Source: Burkholderiales bacterium (lineage in GTDB: Bacteria; Pseudomonadota; Gammaproteobacteria; Burkholderiales; SG8-41). From it: a DNA stretch of 64,000 nucleotides. Positions 30,540 through 38,522 of this stretch are shown here, piece by piece. The notes under the pieces were generated by a model. That model made no database searches, had not been told where the DNA came from, and worked only from the letters and a program-made list of their open reading frames with translations. A program made the translations under genes and the position numbers. The DNA lies in NCBI GenBank assembly GCA_043743335.1, contig JAYTWR010000199.1:2303-66302 (forward strand). Reading direction: 5' to 3'. Positions within the stretch are counted from its first letter, which is position 1. Each line of letters begins with the position of its first letter.

Positions 30540-31538
30540 ATGAATCGACATTTCGTTACGCGAAAACAAGCGCTACTCGCAGCACTGGCCTGCGGATTGC
30601 CAGCGCCTTGTTTCGCGCAGGCCCCGTCGACGGGCGCAGGACAGGGCTACCCCGTCAAGCCAGTCCGCCTCATCGTTGGCTTTGCCCCCGGCGGCCCCAA
30701 TGACATTGTGGCGCGCGGCTTGGCGCAGAAACTGTCTGAACAAACCAGCCAGCAGTTCATTGTCGAAAACCGCCCCGGCGCGAACACCGCTGTGGCGACA
30801 GAGATGGTGTCGCGTGCAGCGCCCGACGGCTATTCGGTGATGTTCGTGTCGCCCGGCCACGCCACCAATCCGTCGCTGATGAAGCTGAATTTTGATTCGA
30901 TACGTGATTTTGCTTTTGTCACGCAGGTGGCGGATGCGCAAAACATTCTGGTCGTACACCCTTCGCTGCCGGTGAAGAGCGTGAAGGACTTGATCGCGTT
31001 CGCTAAGTCCCGCCCCGGCGAAATCAACTATGGCTCATCAGGCTCGGGCAGTACCGGGCATCTATCGACTGAGCTGTTTCAGATGATGACGGGGACGAAG
31101 ATGGTGCATATCCCGTACAAGGGCGCAGGGCCTGCATTGATTGAATTGCTGGCGGGGCAGCACGTGCTGTACTTCGGCAACATCGCAGGCATCATCGGCT
31201 ATGTGCGCACTCACCGCATGCGCGCGCTGGCCGTCACGGGTGAGAAGCGTTCGCCCGCCGTGCCAGATATACCGACAGTAATCGAAGCGGGGTTGCCGGG
31301 TTTTGTGGTGACTGCGTTTTACGGCATGGCGTTGCCGGCGAAAGCGCCGCGTACCATCGTCGAGAAACTCAACACGGAAGTGGTGCGCGCCTTGAAAGCA
31401 CCAGATTTCAATGCCCGCTTGCGTGATGCGGGCACAGAGCCGGTGGGCAGCACCCCGGAGCAATACACCACGTTCATGCAGAACGAAATTGCGAAGTGGG
31501 GTAAGGTGATTAAGGCAGCGGGGATTAAGGGCGAATAG
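30540..31538 (+). CDS. Bug/TctC substrate-binding protein
   Basis: YPVKPVRLIVGFAPGG and HIPYKGAG motifs. Confidence 0.94.
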   Translation: MNRHFVTRKQALLAALACGLPAPCFAQAPSTGAGQGYPVKPVRLIVGFAPGGPNDIVARGLAQKLSEQTSQQFIVENRPGANTAVATEMVSRAAPDGYSVMFVSPGHATNPSLMKLNFDSIRDFAFVTQVADAQNILVVHPSLPVKSVKDLIAFAKSRPGEINYGSSGSGSTGHLSTELFQMMTGTKMVHIPYKGAGPALIELLAGQHVLYFGNIAGIIGYVRTHRMRALAVTGEKRSPAVPDIPTVIEAGLPGFVVTAFYGMALPAKAPRTIVEKLNTEVVRALKAPDFNARLRDAGTEPVGSTPEQYTTFMQNEIAKWGKVIKAAGIKGE

Positions 31539-31568
31539 CCCTGTAAAGAAGTACGTGAGGAGAGGCTA

Positions 31569-32537
31569 GTGGAAAAATCGTTTAAAAACAATTGCTTATA
31601 TTCACTTCTACTACTGGCCTGCGGTGTTGTTCATGCCCAGAACTACCCGGTAAAACCCGTGCGCTTTGTGGTGGGCTTTCCACCGGGCGGCACGAATGAT
31701 CTGGTGATCCGCGCCATCGCCCAGAAGCTGACTGAGCAGTTGGGTCAGCAATTCATTGTTGAAAATCGTGGCGGCGCTAACACCGCCATCGCGAGTGAGA
31801 TGTTTGCACGCACGGCTGCACCCGATGGCTACACCATCATGCTGAACGCGCCGGGGCACGCCACGAATCCCGCGATGATGAAATTGAATTTTGATCCGAT
31901 CAAGGATTTCGCTTTCATCACCATCGCTGCGCAATCGGTGAACCTGCTGGTGTCGCATCCGTCGCTGCCGGTGAAAAGCGTGAAGGAATTGATCGCCGTT
32001 TCCAAATCACGTCCGGGCGATGTCATTTACGGCTCATCGGGCGTGGGCACCACCGTGCATTTGTCGGGCGCGCTGTTTGAATATATGGCCGGTGTGAAAT
32101 GGTTGCACGTGCCTTACAAGGGTGCAGGGCCGGCGCTGATTGATATGCTGGGCGGGCAGTTCTCGCTCTACTTCGGCAACATGCCTTCGGTCATCGGTTA
32201 TGCGCGGCAAGGTCGGCTGCGCGGTCTGGCGGTCACCGGCGCGCAGCGTTCCCCCGCTGCGCCGGACATGCCCACCGTGGCTGAATCCGGTGTTCCCGGT
32301 TATGAAGTAACAACATGGTATGGCGTATCCGCGCCAGCTAAAACGCCCAAGCCGCTGGTCGACCGCTTGCACAATGAGATACTGCGTGCGCTGAAGTCAC
32401 CGGATTTGCAGGCGCGCTTCAAAGACCTCGGTGCGGACATCATCGGCAACTCTCAAGAACAGGCCACCGCTTATGTGCAAAATGAAATCAGTAAATGGGG
32501 CAAGGTCATCAAGGCGGCGGGACTTAAAGGTGAGTGA
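31569..32537 (+). CDS. Bug/TctC substrate-binding protein (close paralogue of the upstream gene)
   Basis: YPVKPVRFVVGFPPGG, HVPYKGAG; shares PGHATNP..MKLNFD with the upstream gene. Confidence 0.94.
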   Translation: MEKSFKNNCLYSLLLLACGVVHAQNYPVKPVRFVVGFPPGGTNDLVIRAIAQKLTEQLGQQFIVENRGGANTAIASEMFARTAAPDGYTIMLNAPGHATNPAMMKLNFDPIKDFAFITIAAQSVNLLVSHPSLPVKSVKELIAVSKSRPGDVIYGSSGVGTTVHLSGALFEYMAGVKWLHVPYKGAGPALIDMLGGQFSLYFGNMPSVIGYARQGRLRGLAVTGAQRSPAAPDMPTVAESGVPGYEVTTWYGVSAPAKTPKPLVDRLHNEILRALKSPDLQARFKDLGADIIGNSQEQATAYVQNEISKWGKVIKAAGLKGE

Positions 32538-32562
32538 AGCGTTAGGCACGAGGTAGCCAGCG

Positions 32563-34305
32563 ATGAGTGGCCTATGCGGTTGGGTGGGGGATGCTGATCC
32601 TGCTACTTTAGATGCGATGCTCGGCGCTATTGATTACCGGGGCGATAGCATCGACAAGGTGCTCGTGCCCGGCGTGGCCTTGGGTTATCGCTGGTGGAAC
32701 GGGCGGCCGGGTAAATCGCCAGGTATTCATCGTGAGGGCACGCATTTAGTAGCGTGCGCAGGTACGTTTGCACCTTCGGTGGCTGCACCTGCCGCTGAAC
32801 TGATCAGCCAATTGCGCGACAACGCAAACCTGCTTGATGGCGCGTTTGCCGCTGCGTGGTGGGATGGCCATCGATTAACACTCGCGCGCGACCCATTTGG
32901 CGTGCGTTCGCTGTATTACACGCAACATCGCGGCGTGTTTTATTTCGCCAGTGAAATAAAACAACTACTGGCGATACCCGGCTTGCCGCGTGAGCTGGAT
33001 GACGCCGCTGTGCACAAGTATCTGACGTTCTCCTTTGTGCCCGGCGAAGACACGCCGTTGAAAGGCGTGCGCCGCTTGTTGCCGCGCCGCACCGCGGTGT
33101 GGGAGAACGGGCGTCTTACCGTCACGCAATATTTTGAATTGCGTGAACAGTTGGATAGCGCATTGACTGATCGCAAAGTGGCCGCGCAACGCATCGGTGA
33201 TTTGTGTAAGGCCGCAGTCACTAAACGCCTGCATGGGCAAGAAAACATCGGGCTGTTTCTGAGTGGCGGGCTGGATTCATCCTCGGTGGCGCTATGGCTG
33301 AAAGAAGCCAGCGCTAACGTCAATGCCTTCAGTCTCGACTTCGGCGATAAAAGTGTAGAAAAAGATCGCGCACGCGAAGTCGCTGATAGCCTGCACATGC
33401 CGTTGCAGTTTGTGAAGGTGGGTGGAGAAGCACTGCTGCCGATACTGCCCGACCTAGTGTGGAAGCTCGACATGCCCTTTGGCGATGCCGTTACCGGCCC
33501 GCAATATCTGCTGGGGCAGGCTGCGCGTGCGGCGGGTTGCGATTGCATCTTCAATGGCGAGGGCGGCGATCAACTCTTCGGCGGCTGGACGCAAAAGCCC
33601 ATGATAGGCGCGGAGCTCTATGCCAATCTCTATGGCGAAGACTCACGCGAAGAGCTGTACCTGAAAAGTTATCACCGTTTTTATGGGCTGGAAGATGCGC
33701 TTTACACACCTGGGTTTCGCGCGCGCGTCGGCCCTGCCGGGCAACGCCGCGCGTTGTTGATGCCGTATTTGCAGGGCGATAAAGCCAGCACCTTTGCCAA
33801 TCACATCCGGTTGGCTGACTTTGCGTTAAAGGGTTGCCAGAATATTTTGCCGCGCGCCGAGCGCATGACCAACGGCTGGGGGCTGGATATCCGCACGCCG
33901 CTGTTTGACCGTGCGCTGGCCGAGGCCTCTTTTGCGTTGGCACCGCAACTCAAGTTGCACGGTGCCGTAGAAAAATTTGTGCTGAAGCTGGCCGTGCGCG
34001 GCAAGTTGCCCAAAGAAGTGGTGTGGCGCAAAAAGCTCGGTATGGGCGTGCCCATCACGGATTGGGTGCTGGGGCCGCTGGCACCCGCCATGCAAAATTT
34101 GCTGGGCCGCACGCCGCTGGAGCAACGCGGTTTATTTCGCCAAGACTTCGTGGCCAAATTATTGGCCGGGCAAAACCTGCCCGGCGAAACACGCCGCCGT
34201 CGTGTAGGTGAACGGCTGTGGGCGCTGGCCATGCTGGAGGCATGGATACGCGTGTTTATCGATGGCGGCGGCAAACGGCCCGACGGGGATGGGGATTGGC
34301 GATGA
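32563..34305 (+). CDS. Asparagine synthetase-like (AsnB family) ATP-dependent amide ligase 1, lacking the N-terminal Cys nucleophile
   Basis: ARDPFGVRSLYY, FASEIKQL, PP-loop LSGGLDSS, NGEGGDQLFGG; starts MSGLCG rather than MCG. Confidence 0.9.
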   Translation: MSGLCGWVGDADPATLDAMLGAIDYRGDSIDKVLVPGVALGYRWWNGRPGKSPGIHREGTHLVACAGTFAPSVAAPAAELISQLRDNANLLDGAFAAAWWDGHRLTLARDPFGVRSLYYTQHRGVFYFASEIKQLLAIPGLPRELDDAAVHKYLTFSFVPGEDTPLKGVRRLLPRRTAVWENGRLTVTQYFELREQLDSALTDRKVAAQRIGDLCKAAVTKRLHGQENIGLFLSGGLDSSSVALWLKEASANVNAFSLDFGDKSVEKDRAREVADSLHMPLQFVKVGGEALLPILPDLVWKLDMPFGDAVTGPQYLLGQAARAAGCDCIFNGEGGDQLFGGWTQKPMIGAELYANLYGEDSREELYLKSYHRFYGLEDALYTPGFRARVGPAGQRRALLMPYLQGDKASTFANHIRLADFALKGCQNILPRAERMTNGWGLDIRTPLFDRALAEASFALAPQLKLHGAVEKFVLKLAVRGKLPKEVVWRKKLGMGVPITDWVLGPLAPAMQNLLGRTPLEQRGLFRQDFVAKLLAGQNLPGETRRRRVGERLWALAMLEAWIRVFIDGGGKRPDGDGDWR

Positions 34306-35426
34306 AGTGTATCCGCTGTGATCACGACAGCAAACGCAAGGAGCGTACTAACCGCACCTGCCCCAAGTGCAACGGCCGCTTTGCGTTTGAGCCCGGCGAA
34401 GGCGACAAGCTGACCGATGTGGCGTTTCAAAATGCGATTAATGCGGTGTCGGCGGATGGACAAATACGCTGGGGCGCTGAACATCTTTATTACGAGGTTG
34501 CGCGGCGCCTAATCGTAAGCGGGCGCAGCAAAGGGGGCGCTGCCTTGATTATCGCGATCATCATGGGCGGCGTGGCGCTGGCCGTTGCCTTGTTTGTGAG
34601 CAAGCTGGCGGCACTATTGCCCGCCGCCCTCGCCGTGCTGGCGCTATTGATCCGTGGTGGATTGCGTGATCCGCATTTCGTCCTGCTGGCGCGAGGTGAT
34701 TTTGAGAAGCTGTTAAAGCAATGGTGTGCTGCTCACGGCCAGCCCAAAACCATGATCACCCGTGCCCACGTGCGCGGCACGCCAGCGCCAGCGCCCGCAC
34801 GCAAGCTCGAAGCGGACATCACCGACTATTCATTTGATCGCGCCATCATCTGCGACCGCGCGCGCACGGCGGACATCCTGCTCGCCAACCATTTTCATTT
34901 TGAAAACAACTGCGCCGTGTTGTCGGTGGATGGTTACCCCGAAGCGCATTTTGAAACCATACGCACCATGTTAAAGCGCAACCCGCGCCTGCGCGTGTTT
35001 GCCTTGCACGATGCCACGCCACAAGGCTGCCGCCTGGCGCGCAAGCTGGCTACCGATGCTGCGTGGTTTGTGGGGCAAGCGCCCGTTATCGATGTGGGAT
35101 TGCGCCCTGCGCAAGTCAAGGCGTTCAAGAGTCTATGCAAGCCGCACACAGGGCCGATGGTGCAAATCGGCGATGGCATTTCAGAGGCCGAGGCGGAATG
35201 GCTGAACAAGCAATTGCTGGAGCTGGCGGTGTTGCGCCCTGAGCAGGTTTTGAAGCGCATGTACAAGGCCCTACATCGAGATGATGAGGGTAGTGGCGAC
35301 AGTGCCGGCGGGGATGGCGGTAGTGGCGGCACCGGCACCCATGATGGCGAGCGTGTCATCAACGATACCCAATCGTTTGCTTATGAAGCCGGCGATGTCG
35401 ATTCTGATGCGGACGGCTTTGGATAA
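34302..35426 (+). CDS. Zn-ribbon/transmembrane/TOPRIM-like (Topo VIA/Spo11-type) protein with acidic Gly-rich tail
   Basis: ATGA overlap with AsnB1 stop; CIRC...CPKC; two hydrophobic helices; NCAVLSVDGYP...ALHDATPQG...VGLRP; tail ends GDVDSDADGFG. Confidence 0.75.
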   Translation: MKCIRCDHDSKRKERTNRTCPKCNGRFAFEPGEGDKLTDVAFQNAINAVSADGQIRWGAEHLYYEVARRLIVSGRSKGGAALIIAIIMGGVALAVALFVSKLAALLPAALAVLALLIRGGLRDPHFVLLARGDFEKLLKQWCAAHGQPKTMITRAHVRGTPAPAPARKLEADITDYSFDRAIICDRARTADILLANHFHFENNCAVLSVDGYPEAHFETIRTMLKRNPRLRVFALHDATPQGCRLARKLATDAAWFVGQAPVIDVGLRPAQVKAFKSLCKPHTGPMVQIGDGISEAEAEWLNKQLLELAVLRPEQVLKRMYKALHRDDEGSGDSAGGDGGSGGTGTHDGERVINDTQSFAYEAGDVDSDADGFG

Positions 35427-37044
35427 ATCCGTCAATTGGGTCAGGCCAGCTCGCCAGCGCATAGCACTACATATTGCAGCCAGCGCACGACAGGCACTGT
35501 ATGTAGATCACGATTGCACGCCTGCCCCAAGTGATGATGACTGGCGGTGTTGGCAGCGTGCCGGTGACTTCAGTGCGACTCAAGGGCCCTTCGCGCTGGC
35601 GGTTGAGGACGCCGATGGCTCGGTAACGCTGGCGCGAGATGCCATAGGTGAACGCAGCTTGTACTACGCTGTGACGCCCGACCGCAGACTGATGTATGCC
35701 TCGCGCCTGAAAGATATTGTTGCGTCCGGCCTGATTGCACGGGAAATCGATATCACCAGCGTGGCAACGTATCTTTCCTGGGCGTACTTGCCGGGGCGGG
35801 AAACCTTGGTGCGCGGCATCTACAAAGTGTTGCCGGGTGAAATGGTCACCTTCTGTGGGGGTGTGCTGACTCGCAAACCATGGTGGTCGTTACCGCGCGA
35901 GCCTGAGCAATGGCGTGACGAAGCTGAATTGCGAAATGAACTTCGCGTGTTGCTCGAAAAAGCCGTGCGCACGCGCTTGCCACAAGGTGATCCCGTAGGC
36001 GCCACCTTGTCCGGCGGCATCGACTCCAGCCTGGTCGTGGCGCTGGCAAAAAAGCTGCACGACGCGCCGGTGATTACGTACTCGGTATCGTTCGGCGCGG
36101 ACTACCGCAACGAGTTGCCCTTTAGCGCCATGGTGGCGCGCCACTGTGGGGTGGAACATCGCATCGTCGAGTTATCGCCCGCCACCGTGATGGCTGAACT
36201 CGACACCACCATTGCGATGTTAAGCGACCCCATCGGTGACCCGCTCACCGTGCCCAATGCGATGTTGTTTCAACAGGCGTCGCGCGATGTTGGCGTGGTG
36301 CTAAATGGCGAAGGTGGTGATCCGTGTTTCGGCGGCCCCAAAAATGTGCCTATGGTGTTGGCGGAGCTGTTTGGTGGTTTATTTGGCAGCTTGTACGGTG
36401 GCGGCGTGCAGCACGACGCACACGAACGCGCCGCCAGTTTTCTGCGCGCGCATGAAAAATGCTACGACGATCTCGGTGCCCTGCTCACGCCGCACGCGCA
36501 CGCACAAATCGCCCAATCCGGGGAAAGCGCGCTGGAGCAATGGGTGACGCCGCATTTGGAAGACGCGCGCTGGAGCAATTTTGTCGCGCGCCTGATGGCG
36601 ATTAACGTCGCGTGCAAGGGCGCGAATCACATACTCGCCAAAGTCGATGCCTTGAGCGCGTCCAGCGGCGTGTTGCCGCGCGCACCGCTGTTTGACCGTG
36701 CGGTGGTCGAACACGCCATAGCCATACCGCCGCAACTAAAACTCAAAGGCTCGATCGAAAAATATCTGCTGAAAGAGGCTGTGCGTGACTTGCTACCGCG
36801 CGAGATTATCGAGCGTCCCAAAAGCGGCATGCTGGTCCCCGTGCACGGCTGGTTTCGCGGCCCGCTGTTGCCGCAGGCGCGCGAGCGGCTGATGGACGGG
36901 CTAACCCCTTGGGGATTGTTCAACCGGGACTATCTTGAGCGGCTACTCCAAGGCCGGCTAAGCGGCCCCCATCCACGCCGCGGCGTCAAAATCTGGCTGT
37001 TGATCACGCTGGAAGCGTGGCTGCGCGGGGTACTGAAGGGTTGA
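35407..37044 (+). CDS. Asparagine synthetase-like amide ligase 2 with eroded glutaminase domain
   Basis: ARDAIGERSLYY, LSGGIDSS, NGEGGDPCFGG, KYLLKEAV, RPKSG; start uncertain (ATG 35407 or TTG 35419). Confidence 0.88.
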   Translation: MRTALDKSVNWVRPARQRIALHIAASARQALYVDHDCTPAPSDDDWRCWQRAGDFSATQGPFALAVEDADGSVTLARDAIGERSLYYAVTPDRRLMYASRLKDIVASGLIAREIDITSVATYLSWAYLPGRETLVRGIYKVLPGEMVTFCGGVLTRKPWWSLPREPEQWRDEAELRNELRVLLEKAVRTRLPQGDPVGATLSGGIDSSLVVALAKKLHDAPVITYSVSFGADYRNELPFSAMVARHCGVEHRIVELSPATVMAELDTTIAMLSDPIGDPLTVPNAMLFQQASRDVGVVLNGEGGDPCFGGPKNVPMVLAELFGGLFGSLYGGGVQHDAHERAASFLRAHEKCYDDLGALLTPHAHAQIAQSGESALEQWVTPHLEDARWSNFVARLMAINVACKGANHILAKVDALSASSGVLPRAPLFDRAVVEHAIAIPPQLKLKGSIEKYLLKEAVRDLLPREIIERPKSGMLVPVHGWFRGPLLPQARERLMDGLTPWGLFNRDYLERLLQGRLSGPHPRRGVKIWLLITLEAWLRGVLKG

Positions 37045-37070
37045 GCTTCGAGGCGTGCGAAAATAGCGGC

Positions 37071-37445
37071 ATGCCAAGCGCCCTTCGAATCCTCAGCCTT
37101 GCCGTCTGCTACGCTGTGCCGGGCGTGGCGCTCGCGCAAGCGCCAACAGGCGCGGCTTACCCTGCGAAGTCGATACGCTTTGTCGTCGGCTTTCCGCCGA
37201 GCGGCACCAATGATTTCCTAGCGCGCGCCGTAGCCCCGAAAATAGCGGAGTTTCTCGGGCAACAGGTCATCATCGACAATCGCGGTGGTGCCAGCACCAT
37301 GATCGCCACTGAGTTGGCGTCACGCGCGGCAGCCGACGGCTACACCATTTTGCTCAACGCGCCGGAGCTGTGCACCGCATTCATTCAGAATGAGATGGCC
37401 AAGTGGGCGAAGGTCATCAGGGCTGCGGGGATTAAAGCGCAATGA
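37071..37445 (+). pseudogene. Bug/TctC gene with a large in-frame internal deletion
   Basis: N-terminal part (...ADGYTILLNAP) joined directly to the C-terminal helix (ELCTAFIQNEMAKWAKVIRAAGIKAQ); about 200 aa missing. Confidence 0.85.
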
Positions 37446-37493
37446 ATCGCGCTTGGATAGACAATGAACGTCACAACAACGAACCGAGAAATC

Positions 37494-38483
37494 ATGAAAT
37501 TAATCATTAAAAACAAATACTTACAGTTATTTCTTTTGCCCGGCCTAGCGCTGGCACTACTCGCCTCTACCGCGTCGGGACAAGCCTATCCCAGCAAGCC
37601 CATACGCATCATCGTTGCTTACACACCGGCCGGCACTACCGACATCCTCGCACGTGTGGTCGGGCAAAAACTGAGTGAGGCGTTTAGCCAGCCGGTGATT
37701 GTGGACAACCGTCCTGGCGTCAACGGCAACATCGGCACCGACGTCGCCGCAAAAGCCACGCCCGACGGCCACACGCTGCTGATGGTGACTGCGGGCACGC
37801 ACGGCATCAACCCGAGCTTGTATCGCAAACTGCCATGGGACGCGGTACGGGATTTCGCGCCGATTTCTCTGGTGGCGACCGTGCCCAATATTCTCGTGGT
37901 TAACAACAGCGTGCCGGCAAAAAGCGTCAAGGAATTCATCGCTTACATGAAGGCTAGTCCGGACAAATTCAACTACGGCACGCCGGGCAACGGCAGCACC
38001 GGGCACCTGTCGATGGAAATGTTCAAGGGCATGACCGGCACGCGCATCCAGCACATTCCGTACAAAGGCAGCGCGGGCGTATTGGCCGATGTGATCGGCG
38101 GCCAAATCACCGCCACCATCGACAACCTGCCGCCGTATCTACCGCAGGTGAAAAGCGGAAAAATTCGCGGCCTAGCCGTCAGTTCACCCAAGCGCTCGCC
38201 GGTGATGCCCGACATTCCCACCATCGCCGAAGCAGCCGTGCCAGGCTACAGCTCAGGCTCGTGGTTCGGCCTCGTCGCGCCCGCAGGCACACCCAAGGCG
38301 GTTGTCGATAAATTGTCGGCGGAAACCGCGCGCATACTCAAACTGCCGGATGTTGCCGAGCGGATATCTGCGCTGGGCGCGGAGGCCGTGGGCGACCGGC
38401 CTGAGCAGTTTGCGGCTTATATCAAGGCTGAGATTGCGAAGTGGGCTAAGGTGATTAAGGATGCGAATGTAGAGTTGCAATAG
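37494..38483 (+). CDS. Bug/TctC substrate-binding protein
   Basis: YPSKPIRIIVAYTPAGTTD and HIPYKGS motifs; start 37494 or 37464. Confidence 0.94.
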   Translation: MKLIIKNKYLQLFLLPGLALALLASTASGQAYPSKPIRIIVAYTPAGTTDILARVVGQKLSEAFSQPVIVDNRPGVNGNIGTDVAAKATPDGHTLLMVTAGTHGINPSLYRKLPWDAVRDFAPISLVATVPNILVVNNSVPAKSVKEFIAYMKASPDKFNYGTPGNGSTGHLSMEMFKGMTGTRIQHIPYKGSAGVLADVIGGQITATIDNLPPYLPQVKSGKIRGLAVSSPKRSPVMPDIPTIAEAAVPGYSSGSWFGLVAPAGTPKAVVDKLSAETARILKLPDVAERISALGAEAVGDRPEQFAAYIKAEIAKWAKVIKDANVELQ

Positions 38484-38522
38484 CACGCCAGAGCGTAGTG
38501 CTTAGCCTTAACAGGCAGGAAA

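Noticed and set aside
32563..37044. Lasso peptide gene cluster
   Set aside because: No transglutaminase-like B2 peptidase, PqqD/RRE protein or short precursor with a lasso leader is visible
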